From contig JBNAWM010000004.1 in assembly GCA_049699855.1 (NCBI GenBank), positions 1 to 38,720 on the forward strand: a stretch of 38,720 nucleotides of DNA, written 5' to 3'. Position numbers and translations under genes: made by a program. Positions within the stretch are counted from its first letter, which is position 1, and every line of letters begins with the position of its first letter. The notes beneath the pieces were generated by a model. It was not told the DNA's origin. It worked only from the letters and a program-made list of their open reading frames with translations, and did not search any database. Shown here one piece after another: positions 20,698-30,096 of the stretch. Source of the stretch: Candidatus Cryosericum sp. Lineage in GTDB: Bacteria; Caldisericota; Caldisericia; Cryosericales; Cryosericaceae.

Positions 20698-21972
20698 TCA
20701 GTCCGAGTATCGTGACAGGACGAGACAGACGTTGTGGCCACCAAAGCCGAATGAACTCTTGAGAATATGGTTGACTTCAGCAGGGCGAGCGACGTTTGGG
20801 ACGTAGTCGAGCGGACAGTCGGGGTCCGGCACCATGTAATTGATCGTCGGGTAGATGAGGTTGTTCTTGATTGTCAACATGCTGGCGATGGACTCGACTG
20901 CGCCAGCCGCACCCAGCAAGTGGCCTGTCATTGACTTTGTAGAGCTGACCGGAACCTTGATAGCCCGCTCACCGAACACTGACTGCAGGGCAAAGGACTC
21001 CGTCCGGTCATTGGCCGGCGTCGACGTTCCGTGAGCATTGACATAGTCGATGTCAGTTGGAAGAAGCCCGGCACGCTCAATGGCCAGATGCATGGCACGG
21101 ATGATCTGCGTTGCTTCGGGGTCCGGCGCCGTCATGTGATAGGCGTCAGACGTAACGGCCTGTGACAGGATCTCGCCGTAGATATGCGCACCCCTTGCAA
21201 GGGCATGGTCAAGCCGTTCCAGGATGAGGATGCCCGCCCCTTCCCCCATGACAAAGCCATCGCGCTCCTTGTCAAAAGGCCTGGAGGCATGGTCTGGATC
21301 GTCATTGCGGGTCGAGAGGGCACGCATGTTGGCAAATGCGCCGATCCCTGTCATCGTCACGGCAGCATCGGATGCCCCGGTCACGATAACATCAACATCT
21401 CCTCGTCTCAAGACTTCAAACGCGTCTCCCAGCATTTGCGTGCCGCTGGCACACGCACTGATGACCGAGCTCGTACCGCCGTACAGCTTGAAGCGCTGTG
21501 CAATGGTGCTGGGAATGGAATCCACCAGCATCTTGGGGACCAGGAACGGTGAAATCCGGGAGGGACCCTTTGCCGCCACGACGAGTTCCTCAGCTTCGAG
21601 AGACGCCACGCCGCCGATGCCACTTGTGACATAGACGGCAATTCTCTCCCTGTCTTCAGCATCGAGATTGAGACCTGCATCAGCAATTGCTTCCTGTGCG
21701 GCCGCAAGAGCAAGCTGCTGAACTCGATCCGTTCGGGAGACGTCGCGCTTTTCGAAGTAATCCTCGGGGTTGAAATCCTTTACTTCGCCCGCTATGCGAC
21801 AACTGATGCCGCTCGCGTCGAATCGGGTGATGGGACCAATCCCCGACACGCCTGCAGCCAGAGCGGTCTCAAATGCTGCTACATTGTTGGCGATGGGGCA
21901 GACAACACCAAGCCCTGTTATAACAACACGGGACTCATGTACAACAGTCCTCCGTTCTGCCATATCAGGCAA
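20698..21972 (-). CDS. fabF: Beta-ketoacyl-ACP synthase II
   Basis: RVVITGLG, SACASG, ASRPFDKERDGFVMGEGAG, NAHGTSTPAND, TGHLLGAAG, FGFGGHN. Confidence 0.95.
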   Translation of the reverse strand: MPDMAERRTVVHESRVVITGLGVVCPIANNVAAFETALAAGVSGIGPITRFDASGISCRIAGEVKDFNPEDYFEKRDVSRTDRVQQLALAAAQEAIADAGLNLDAEDRERIAVYVTSGIGGVASLEAEELVVAAKGPSRISPFLVPKMLVDSIPSTIAQRFKLYGGTSSVISACASGTQMLGDAFEVLRRGDVDVIVTGASDAAVTMTGIGAFANMRALSTRNDDPDHASRPFDKERDGFVMGEGAGILILERLDHALARGAHIYGEILSQAVTSDAYHMTAPDPEATQIIRAMHLAIERAGLLPTDIDYVNAHGTSTPANDRTESFALQSVFGERAIKVPVSSTKSMTGHLLGAAGAVESIASMLTIKNNLIYPTINYMVPDPDCPLDYVPNVARPAEVNHILKSSFGFGGHNVCLVLSRYSD

Positions 21973-22210
21973 TATGAGCCATCACATAATCGACCGTCTG
22001 TCCCACGGAGGCAATCTTCTCAATGTCCTCGTCTGGAATCGACGTTCCAAAAGCATCCTCAAGTGCCATCGTGATGTCAACCAGTGCAAGGGAGTCAGCA
22101 CCCAAATCTTTCACATACTGGGCATCATCGGTAATACGCGACTCATCCACTCCCAGCTTTTCCTTGGAAATCTCTACGACTTTGGCACGAACCTCTTCCT
22201 TGGTCATCAT
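21965..22210 (-). CDS. acpP: Acyl carrier protein
   Basis: DLGADSL phosphopantetheine site, IPDEDIEKI; ATG 22210/22207 after AGGAGG. Confidence 0.93.
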   Translation of the reverse strand: MMTKEEVRAKVVEISKEKLGVDESRITDDAQYVKDLGADSLALVDITMALEDAFGTSIPDEDIEKIASVGQTVDYVMAHIA

Positions 22211-22241
22211 ATTCCTCCTGATCAGATTAGTTCCAGATGCA

Positions 22242-22991
22242 CTAGAGCGATAGCCCACCATCAACTACGAGCACCTGGCCGGTAATGTATGAAGCTTCTT
22301 CCCCTGCAAGAAATGCGACGGCTTTTGCTATGTCGTCACCGGTGCCACTGCGACGCAGTGGAGTGTTGGCAAGATAGGCAGATATCACCTCCTTGTCAAG
22401 TGCGCTTGTCATGTCCGTCTCCACAAATCCAGGAGCAACGACATTGACAGTGATACCCCGGGAGCCCAGCTCCTTTGCGGCAGTCTTTGCAAGTGCAATG
22501 ACACCGGCCTTGCTGGCAGCATAATTGGCCTGCCCCGCATTTCCGCCAATTCCCACGATAGAAGAGATCACAATGATGTGACCGGACTTCTGTCGAATCA
22601 TCTGGCGCGATGCCGCGCGGACAACATTGAAGGTGCCTGTCAGGTTGGTACGCAGCACGTCGTTCCACTTGTCGTCGGTCATTCGAGCAAGGAGGGCATC
22701 ACGTGTTATCCCGGCGTTGCTGACAACGATGTCGAGCGAACCGCTCATCAGCATACTGTGCGCCACGAGATCATCCGCCGCCCTGCTGTCTCCAACGTCA
22801 GCCTGTACAGCCTCGCCTCTCCGCCCCATGGCACCAAGCAGTTCGATCACTTCATCTGCTGCCGCACGATTCCTGAAGTAGTCGATGACAACATTGGCTC
22901 CCCTTTGAGCCAATTCAAGCGCGACTGCACGGCCGATGCCTCTCGATCCCCCGGTGACCAATGCTGTCTTGCCATCAAGGCTCAATCCCAC
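22242..22991 (-). CDS. fabG: 3-oxoacyl-ACP reductase
   Basis: TGGSRGIG, NAGITRD, GNAGQANYAASKAG; GTG 22991 after GAGG. Confidence 0.94.
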   Translation of the reverse strand: MGLSLDGKTALVTGGSRGIGRAVALELAQRGANVVIDYFRNRAAADEVIELLGAMGRRGEAVQADVGDSRAADDLVAHSMLMSGSLDIVVSNAGITRDALLARMTDDKWNDVLRTNLTGTFNVVRAASRQMIRQKSGHIIVISSIVGIGGNAGQANYAASKAGVIALAKTAAKELGSRGITVNVVAPGFVETDMTSALDKEVISAYLANTPLRRSGTGDDIAKAVAFLAGEEASYITGQVLVVDGGLSL

Positions 22992-23881
22992 GTCTGTTCC
23001 TCGACCGCACTGACCTTCTGCCCATGAACCACTTTGCGAGCTATGGTCGCAAGCACGTTTTTGGGTCCCACCTCGAGATATTCGCCCACCCCCATCCGGG
23101 CAAGAACGTCCATGGTTCGAACCCACTGGACAGGATGGCTGAATTGAGCAATCAAGTTCTGACGAATTGCTTCCGGCTCGCTCTCAGCGACAGCAGCAAC
23201 ATTGTTCACAACGGGAAACCGAGGTTTTGACAACAGAATTTCGGCAAGCAGCTGGCCAAACTCTGCCGCGCCTCCCGCCATGATCGACGAGTGAAACGGA
23301 GCACCCACGCGAAGCTTGATCGCTCGCCCTCTGCCCATTGTCCTCAACGCCGCCATGACGCGGTCGACTGCGGCGGTCTCTCCGGACACAACCGTCTGGT
23401 CAGGAGCATTGTAATTTGCAACTTCGACAACTCCAACTGCACGTCCCTCTGCCAGCACAGTCTGGAGGTCACTGTCGCCCAGCCCCATGATAGCGGCCAT
23501 CGTGCCTGGCGAGTTGGAAGCAGCCCGCGCCATAATTTCGCCACGGTGCCGTACCAGTCGAACACCGTCCTCGAAGGAGAAGACGCCTGCTGAGCAGAGA
23601 GCACTGAACTCGCCAAGGCTGTGCCCAGCGGCAGCATCGCACGCCACATTTCTTGTTGTCAGAGCCTGTACCCACGCCATCTCCGTAACAAACAAAGCTG
23701 GCTGTGTATTCTCGGTACGCGTCAAAGTCGCCTCATCCCCGTCCTGCACGAGACTCCAGAGATCAAATCCAAGAACATCGCCCGCCCGCTGAAACAATTG
23801 ACGCGCAGCGAGCTGGTCGGCGACATTGCCCGCCATGCCGACGTACTGCGAACCCTGACCAGGAAAAAGAAACACCTTCAT
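22982..23881 (-). CDS. fabD: Malonyl-CoA:ACP transacylase
   Basis: FPGQGSQYVGM, TQPALF, GHSLGE, ANYNAP, APFHS, EVGP. Confidence 0.95.
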   Translation of the reverse strand: MKVFLFPGQGSQYVGMAGNVADQLAARQLFQRAGDVLGFDLWSLVQDGDEATLTRTENTQPALFVTEMAWVQALTTRNVACDAAAGHSLGEFSALCSAGVFSFEDGVRLVRHRGEIMARAASNSPGTMAAIMGLGDSDLQTVLAEGRAVGVVEVANYNAPDQTVVSGETAAVDRVMAALRTMGRGRAIKLRVGAPFHSSIMAGGAAEFGQLLAEILLSKPRFPVVNNVAAVAESEPEAIRQNLIAQFSHPVQWVRTMDVLARMGVGEYLEVGPKNVLATIARKVVHGQKVSAVEEQTWD

Positions 23882-24099
23882 CTCAACATCCTCCGATTAC
23901 AAGCTGTCACCACTCACCTGCCCACTTCCCGGGCAAATGCACGGCGTCTGCTGACCCAACAAGAACCGCACAGTCGTCCAGAACTGCAAGGCGGGGCGCG
24001 CAGACCGCGCACTTCGCGCGACTTCACACCCCGTCAACGTGCATCACTCACCAAACATCTTCGTCAAGCGTGCACTCCGCAAAAACCTTGCCGTGAAAG

Positions 24100-25665
24100 C
24101 TAGACCTCGGCCGGCCCCTGAGCTTCTTCTTCTGAGGGAGACTCCCCAGGGGACGCATGTGCAATTTCCTCGTCTGCTGGCTCGGCAGTCTTCTCACCAG
24201 TAGACTCCTCGTGCTGCTCTTCGGCAGACACTGAAGACCCTGAACTCGCTGCGTCGACCTCAGGAGAGGCCGCAACTTCTTCGCGGGTTTCGTCTTGAGC
24301 GTCAACTGCGGCAGAAACTGGAGACTTCTGCTCCAGATCACGATTCTGCAGGTTCTCGTTCCCCTCGACACCCTTCATGCTCAGCTTGACCTTGCGCTCA
24401 TCCTTGAGTACCTCGAGAACACGGACCTTTACGACATCGCCCACTTTCAGGACGTCCTCAACCTTGCGAATCTTGTCGTTCGAGATCTGGGAAATGTGCA
24501 GCAATCCAGTGACCCCTTCAGACAGCTCAATAATTGCACCAAAGGTCAGAATACGGATGACGGCGCCTTCGAGAACCATTCCAACTGGATAGTCCTCAAC
24601 GATCGTCTCCCAGGGATGCGGCTTTGTTTGCTTGATGCTGAGCGAGACTTTGCCGGTCTCCTGGTCAATCTTCAGCACTTTGACCTTGACCTTGTCTTTC
24701 TTCTGGACAATCTCCTCGACTGGACGACGACGACCATAGGTCAGCTCTGAGAGATGCACAAGTCCCTCGACCCCGTAGCCGATGTCCACAAAAGCACCAA
24801 ACTCGGCGAGTCCGTTGACTGTTCCCTCGTAGATATCGCCTGGCTTGATATTCGCAAAAAATTCCTTCTTCTGCTTCTGCCGGATCACCTGCATGGCAGC
24901 CCGATGAGAAGCGATAATGCGGCGCAACTTCTTGTCAAATTCGGTAACCTTGACCGGAATTTCCTGACCCACCAGCGACGCGAGATCATTCCGGTAGTCA
25001 CTGGCAACCTGTGACTGCGGAAGGAAGCACGGGACACCGATATCGACCAGCAGGCCGCCCTTGATGGCCTTTGTGACCTTGGCAGTCACAATGGTCTGTT
25101 CGTCAAAGTACCTCTCAACGTCTGTCCATACTTCTTCCTGGTCTGCCTTCAGCTTCGACAGAACTGCCGTCCCTTGTTCATCCTCTTCCTTGACGACAGC
25201 CACTTTCATCGTTTCGCCGACATGAGCAATTTCATCCACCGGCACATCTGTGCGCGTCGTCAAGCGATTGAGCGGGATGTAATAGTCACCCTTTCCACCA
25301 GCGTTGACCATCACGCCATCGCGCTCAAGTTTGACAACGGAGACATCGATCACGTCTCCACGACGAAGCAATCGCGGCGCATAGCCTGCTTTGGGGGACA
25401 AGTCGCCAGCGAGAGCGGCCTCCAATTCGGATGGCTTGAGTTCATCCTCTTCGGCGTCCTCCGATTTGGCTGGTGCCTTCGTTGTGTCTTCTGCAACCGG
25501 TTCTTCAGCGGGTTTATCTGCTGCAACTGGCTCAGATTCCGCTTGTACGGCCGATTCAGCCGATGCTATCGGCTGTTCAACTTTTTCAAGAAGGTTCTTC
25601 ACCTCAAACAGACCGTCCATTTCACCTGTGGTTTCCGTTCCAGCATGTTTGTCCATGTCCACCAT
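24100..25665 (-). CDS. rpsA: 30S ribosomal protein bS1, four S1 domains with long acidic N- and C-terminal extensions
   Basis: Four OB repeats (GDVIDVSV; KGGLLVDIG..FLPQSQ; FGAFVDIG..EGLVHLSEL; FGAIIEL..TGLLHISQI). ATG 25665 after AGAGGGG. Confidence 0.9.
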   Translation of the reverse strand: MVDMDKHAGTETTGEMDGLFEVKNLLEKVEQPIASAESAVQAESEPVAADKPAEEPVAEDTTKAPAKSEDAEEDELKPSELEAALAGDLSPKAGYAPRLLRRGDVIDVSVVKLERDGVMVNAGGKGDYYIPLNRLTTRTDVPVDEIAHVGETMKVAVVKEEDEQGTAVLSKLKADQEEVWTDVERYFDEQTIVTAKVTKAIKGGLLVDIGVPCFLPQSQVASDYRNDLASLVGQEIPVKVTEFDKKLRRIIASHRAAMQVIRQKQKKEFFANIKPGDIYEGTVNGLAEFGAFVDIGYGVEGLVHLSELTYGRRRPVEEIVQKKDKVKVKVLKIDQETGKVSLSIKQTKPHPWETIVEDYPVGMVLEGAVIRILTFGAIIELSEGVTGLLHISQISNDKIRKVEDVLKVGDVVKVRVLEVLKDERKVKLSMKGVEGNENLQNRDLEQKSPVSAAVDAQDETREEVAASPEVDAASSGSSVSAEEQHEESTGEKTAEPADEEIAHASPGESPSEEEAQGPAEV

Positions 25666-25707
25666 GTTAACCCCTCTAGAATAAGGATGAATGTCAATCA
25701 ATCTCAA

Positions 25708-25736
25708 AGTATAAGGCGAACACAAGCCATTGTCAA
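25708..25736 (-). promoter_or_regulatory. rpsA promoter
   Basis: TTGACA-N17-TATACT. Confidence 0.75.
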
Positions 25737-25875
25737 ACCGCCATCAGCCTGCCATCATATCGATCATAACGCGGTTGTGGTGATGACTGCGGCATAACCT
25801 TGCGTGCTCTGCCGCCCTTATGATACGCGACTCTGCGATCCAGTACAGCACGAAAAGCGATGACTGTGAGAAGGT

Positions 25876-26478
25876 TCAGCTTCGAACGTCCGTCCTCTTT
25901 TCAAGGGCCTGCGTAAGCGTGAAGACGTCGGCAAACTCAAGATCGCTGCCCTTCGGAATCCCCGTTGCTATTCTTGTGACGCGCACATCCATCCCACCAA
26001 GCAGTTTCGCTATGTACATTGCGGTGATGTCGCCGTTGAAGTTCGGGTTGGTCGCAATGATCACCTCCCGGACGCCCTCAGATTGAGTGCGACGGACAAG
26101 AAGGTCCAGCCGCAGGTCTTCCGGTCCAATGTGGGCAATGGGGTCGATCCGTCCATGCAGGACGTGGTAGAGACCCCTGTAGGACCCAGTCTTTTCAATG
26201 GCCGACAGATCACGGATCTCTTCCACAACGCACAGCAGTCCAGCATCACGGGACGAATCCTGGCAGACTTCGCACAGTTCGCCCTGCGCAAAATTCCCAC
26301 AGCGCGTACAAAAACGAATCTCTCGCTTCGCGGTCACAAGAGCATCAGCAAGCGCTTGAACCTCCTCCTCCGGTTGGTCCAGCAGGTAGAAGACAAGCCG
26401 ATCAGCAGCTTTTGGTCCGATACCGGGGAGACTGCTCAGTTTCGCCGAGAGTTCGATGAAACGCCGAGGCAGAAACAC
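25876..26478 (-). CDS. recR: Recombination mediator RecR
   Basis: LPGIGPKAADR, CTRCGN...CEVC, YHVLHG, EVIIATNP, RIATGIP. Confidence 0.95.
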   Translation of the reverse strand: MFLPRRFIELSAKLSSLPGIGPKAADRLVFYLLDQPEEEVQALADALVTAKREIRFCTRCGNFAQGELCEVCQDSSRDAGLLCVVEEIRDLSAIEKTGSYRGLYHVLHGRIDPIAHIGPEDLRLDLLVRRTQSEGVREVIIATNPNFNGDITAMYIAKLLGGMDVRVTRIATGIPKGSDLEFADVFTLTQALEKRTDVRS

Positions 26479-26481
26479 GGA

Positions 26482-26793
26482 TCAGCTCAAACCAGGAATA
26501 TGGGGCATGCCGGCGGTGACTTTCTTCATGATCTCATCCGCCCGCCGATCAGCCTCGGCCTGGGCTTCGCGCACGGCTGCAACAACCAAATCCGCAGCCA
26601 TCTGCGTGTCACTCAAGTCAAAGTCCTCCTGAATGCTCACACCAATAAGGTCTTTCTTCCCATTGACAACAGCGGTGACAGCACCTCCACCTGAAGTGGC
26701 CGTAATCCGAAGGTCAAGCAGCTCCTGCTCAGCTCGTGCAGCATCCTCCTGCATCTTCTGAGCCTGCTTCATGAGATTGTTCACATTGTACAT
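26482..26793 (-). CDS. ybaB: YbaB/EbfC nucleoid-associated protein
   Basis: LMKQAQKMQE, SGGGAVTAVVNG, DLVVAAV; canonical dnaX-ybaB-recR order. Confidence 0.93.
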   Translation of the reverse strand: MYNVNNLMKQAQKMQEDAARAEQELLDLRITATSGGGAVTAVVNGKKDLIGVSIQEDFDLSDTQMAADLVVAAVREAQAEADRRADEIMKKVTAGMPHIPGLS

Positions 26794-26814
26794 GAGAGAC
26801 CGCCTCCCTGCGCT

Positions 26815-28413
26815 TCAAGAGCCAAATAACGACTCTGTCGCATCAAATGTCTTTTTCAGCAATTCGAGCTTTTCATCCGTGGGCGCTTCCGCGGGCACAT
26901 CCTGAGCACTGGACTCAGCAGTCCCCTCTTCCACCAGCCGTACCTGTTCTACTCCGTAGGCGGAGCGCGCGCAAGGCACAAGGACCTCGTTCTGTTTCTG
27001 CTCCAGCATCGTGCGGAAGAATCTGGTCTTTGGACCCAGTACAATCCGCAGGACGCCTTGGTCCACCTCGACCTGACGGACATCCAGTGCCTCCAGCATG
27101 ATCCCTATGGGCTTACTTGACTCAGACACCAGTTCCTTGAAACGTGTCCACCGTTGGGCATCCTCTCCTCCCGCAGCGCCCGGTCCTGCAGGCGATGATG
27201 CGATTTCAGGCCTTGTCTCTTCCGGCGAGCCGCCACGGGTCTCCGCAGCATCAGCGACGGGTCTGAGAGCTTCCTGCCCCGTCTTGAACTGCACACTGCG
27301 GGGCAGGTCCTCCTGGACAGAGTCCCCTGGCATGGAGAGCCCAAGAGCCATGGCAAGCAGGAACGCCTGGACGAGTGGATATGGATCAGAAAGATAGGCC
27401 GACTGCTGCTGGATTCGCGCCAGCGCGCCAGCAACACGGACCAGCGATGCAGGGGGGAACTTCTTGAAGCGCTCGGCCGGGCTGGCCTCAGAACCCGATT
27501 CGGACGGCACCACCGTGCTGAGGATGTACTTGGCAATGAGCGCAATTGTCCTCTCAAGCAGATCTCCCGGCTCAATGCCCGCTCGATTCAGCTGGTCAAG
27601 CACGGTACTCACCGCCTTCGCATCGCGCGACAGCAGTGCTTCGACAAGCAGAGCAATATTCTCCTCGGTGGGCAGTCCCAGCAAATCGAGTACATCAGCG
27701 CCCGACACGGGTCCAGCACCAAGCACTGAAAACTGATCGACAAGACCAATGGCGCCCCGCAACGATCCGGTGCTGAGAGCGACAATCTGATGAAGGGCCT
27801 CGTCTGTCAAGTGGGGCGCCTCGATGTTCCTGATTCGCTGAAGATACTCGAACATCGCCGTTTCCGAGATCCGCTTGAAGTCAAACCTCTGACACCGTGA
27901 AAGGATCGTCTCCGGCAACTTCTGCGGCTCCGTGGTCGCAAGGATGAACACCACATAGTCAGGAGGCTCTTCAAGCGTCTTCAGGAGTGCATTGAACGCT
28001 TGAGGGGTAAGCATATGAGCTTCATCAATAATGAAGACTTTCTTGCGGCTGTGTGCAGGGACAAACCTCGTTGACTCGCGGAGATCTCGGATCTCGTCAA
28101 TGCCCCTGTTGCTGGCGGCGTCGATCTCAATAACATCGACATCCGTTCCGGCAGTAATGGCCCTGCAGTGTTCACACTGCATGCACGGCTGGCTGGAAGG
28201 GCCCCTTTCACAGTTGAGCGCCTTTGCCAGAATGCGGGCTACCGATGTCTTCCCCGTGCCCTTGGGCCCTGCAAACAAGTATGCATGCGAGATTCGACCG
28301 CTGTCAACCGAACCCTTCAGGATCCGAACGATCGTCTCCTGTCCAATGATCTCATCAAACGTCAGAGGACGGTACTTCAGATATAGCGAAATGTAGCGCT
28401 CATCAAATTCCAT
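26815..28413 (-). CDS. dnaX: DNA polymerase III subunit gamma/tau
   Basis: KYRPLTF, HAYLFAGPKGTGKTS, EIDAASNRG, IIDEAHML, FILATTE, TILSRCQ; start ATG 28413. Confidence 0.95.
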   Translation of the reverse strand: MEFDERYISLYLKYRPLTFDEIIGQETIVRILKGSVDSGRISHAYLFAGPKGTGKTSVARILAKALNCERGPSSQPCMQCEHCRAITAGTDVDVIEIDAASNRGIDEIRDLRESTRFVPAHSRKKVFIIDEAHMLTPQAFNALLKTLEEPPDYVVFILATTEPQKLPETILSRCQRFDFKRISETAMFEYLQRIRNIEAPHLTDEALHQIVALSTGSLRGAIGLVDQFSVLGAGPVSGADVLDLLGLPTEENIALLVEALLSRDAKAVSTVLDQLNRAGIEPGDLLERTIALIAKYILSTVVPSESGSEASPAERFKKFPPASLVRVAGALARIQQQSAYLSDPYPLVQAFLLAMALGLSMPGDSVQEDLPRSVQFKTGQEALRPVADAAETRGGSPEETRPEIASSPAGPGAAGGEDAQRWTRFKELVSESSKPIGIMLEALDVRQVEVDQGVLRIVLGPKTRFFRTMLEQKQNEVLVPCARSAYGVEQVRLVEEGTAESSAQDVPAEAPTDEKLELLKKTFDATESLFGS

Positions 28414-28422
28414 CGTAGGACT

Positions 28423-28450
28423 AGTATATTGTCGACAGCCTGCATTGCAA
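28423..28450 (-). promoter_or_regulatory. dnaX promoter, immediately upstream of the start codon
   Basis: TTGCAA-N16-TATACT, 9 nt before the ATG, no SD. Confidence 0.6.
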
Positions 28451-28503
28451 GAAATCACGGTCGCGCTTCATGAGAAGTGGAGACCGCCGCCTATACTGCT
28501 TTC

Positions 28504-29100
28504 ATGAGAAGATTTCTGCGCACGGTGTTCATCACGACGGCGATCGTCTGCCTGGCATTCGGCCTTCTTCTCGCCGGCATAAGCGCCTACGGTGGTGTTC
28601 ACCAGTCAGGGCGAGCCGACATCATCTGTGTTTTCGGAGCTGCGGTCTGGGGTGACAAACCCTCCCCGGAGCTGGAAGCGCGCGTTCTTTGGGCAGTTCA
28701 GCTGTACCAGGAGCGACGTGCGGGTACGCTCTTCCTCTCGGGGGGTCCTACCGGATCAAACCTTACTGAACCTGATGTAATGGAGAAGGTGGCAGAGGCC
28801 CACGGCGTGCCCCGCAGCGCGATCGTTCTTGACAGCACCGGCATCTCGACAGCCGCCACCGTCGCGGATCTGGAGCGATACATGGCAGGAAACAACATGA
28901 AAACATGCCTCATGGTCTCGTCCCCGTTTCACATGGCACGCATCATGATCCTGGCCCGTCTAAAAGGACTGCAAGCACTTGCCGATCCCCCTTTGCAGAC
29001 GCCCATTACCCAGCTCCCCTGGCAAAACCTCACGTCAATTGTGCGCGAAGCGCTCGCTCTTGTGAAGGACCTGATAGTTTTCGCTGTCTCTCCCGGCTAG
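28504..29100 (+). CDS. YdcF/DUF218 family membrane-anchored protein
   Basis: N-terminal TM helix, ADIICVFGA, LFLSGG, TEPDVM, VSSPFHMAR, REALA. ATG 28504 preferred over GTG 28477 because TATACT lies at 28492-28497. Confidence 0.85.
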   Translation: MRRFLRTVFITTAIVCLAFGLLLAGISAYGGVHQSGRADIICVFGAAVWGDKPSPELEARVLWAVQLYQERRAGTLFLSGGPTGSNLTEPDVMEKVAEAHGVPRSAIVLDSTGISTAATVADLERYMAGNNMKTCLMVSSPFHMARIMILARLKGLQALADPPLQTPITQLPWQNLTSIVREALALVKDLIVFAVSPG

Positions 29101-29909
29101 TGCCCGTTCCACGGCCACGGAAACCTGACAAATCCGGGACGCCCGGCCGCCCTTGTGAAACCTCTCGGACTCAGCCACCAATTCAGCTCTCCACCTCTGC
29201 GAGATGCTGAGATACCCCTGGTGTCAGTCTTGGCCATAAGTGCTGCAAATTGCTTAACCTTTTCGGGCGACAAGGCTGGAGGACCGTCCTCCAGCGCAGT
29301 CCTCAGCGAGGCAAGAGCACAGACCTTCACTCCGTGAACCGGCTTCCCCGCACGCACTTTTGCCCTCGCAAACACCAGAATCGCCTGAACGCCCGGAGCA
29401 CCGGCAGGGTCAAGGACGTCCTGCACATAGCGTGCCTCCAGTTTCGCCTGGCGAATGTAGTCCCGGTCCAGCGGCTGTCCGTTTCTGCACAGCTGTCCAT
29501 GTCTCACCCCCACTGTTCCCCCATGGCTCTTCGTCTCCACGACAAAGACCCCAGTAGGTCCGATCACAATGTGATCGATGTCGCCACGGTAGAAGTCAAT
29601 CCCGTGCAGAACGTGAAACTCGGAAGGAAGTTCAGACAGGACCGACCCGACATCATGTTCTCCACCCGCGCCAGCGTAGTAGCGATCAGCAGCTGTCTCC
29701 AGCCGCAGGATGCCACCTAGACACCATGCCCCAAGGGCAACAACGGTAATGCCAAGGATGAAACGGGTGGGCTGATTTGCGGTGGCGCCCCAGGAAAAAA
29801 GAACATAGGTAAGCGCTCCCATCAGCAGCATAGGAATCAGGGCCCGGGCCATGAGGCGATCACCTGCTCGGTATGTGGCATCTCCGGCTTTTCCGTGTAT
29901 TTGAGCCAT
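29097..29909 (-). CDS. NERD (nuclease-related domain) protein with N-terminal TM helices
   Basis: GAGGEHDV..L, DIDHIVIGPTGVFVVETKS PD-(D/E)xK-like motif; two hydrophobic helices; ATG 29909 after AGGAG. Confidence 0.85.
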   Translation of the reverse strand: MAQIHGKAGDATYRAGDRLMARALIPMLLMGALTYVLFSWGATANQPTRFILGITVVALGAWCLGGILRLETAADRYYAGAGGEHDVGSVLSELPSEFHVLHGIDFYRGDIDHIVIGPTGVFVVETKSHGGTVGVRHGQLCRNGQPLDRDYIRQAKLEARYVQDVLDPAGAPGVQAILVFARAKVRAGKPVHGVKVCALASLRTALEDGPPALSPEKVKQFAALMAKTDTRGISASRRGGELNWWLSPRGFTRAAGRPGFVRFPWPWNGH

Positions 29910-29965
29910 ATCGGTATCTCCTGCAGATAGTGCCTGCTGACCATCGATCGCGACCAAAGCTTTTT

Positions 29966-29993
29966 ATTTTAGGATATTACGATTCTGATGCAA
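29966..29993 (-). promoter_or_regulatory. Putative promoter of the NERD gene
   Basis: TTGCAT-N16-TAAAAT. Confidence 0.6.
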
Positions 29994-30096
29994 GTCCACT
30001 CTTGGACCTGAGTGTGCCAGGGACCCCACATGTCACCGTGTTTTCTTTTGGAGTCCGTCCACTATACTGACTATCATCTAGAGATGGAGGATTGTC

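Noticed and set aside
23915..24013. Cys-containing short frame (..CSSGRLCGSCW..REV) faintly resembling bL32 upstream of fabD
   Set aside because: No MAVPK-type N-terminus, no SD or credible start; the similarity is at chance level.
26815..28413. Programmed frameshift in dnaX producing gamma
   Set aside because: I saw no A AAA AAG slippery site or long A-run in the linker region.
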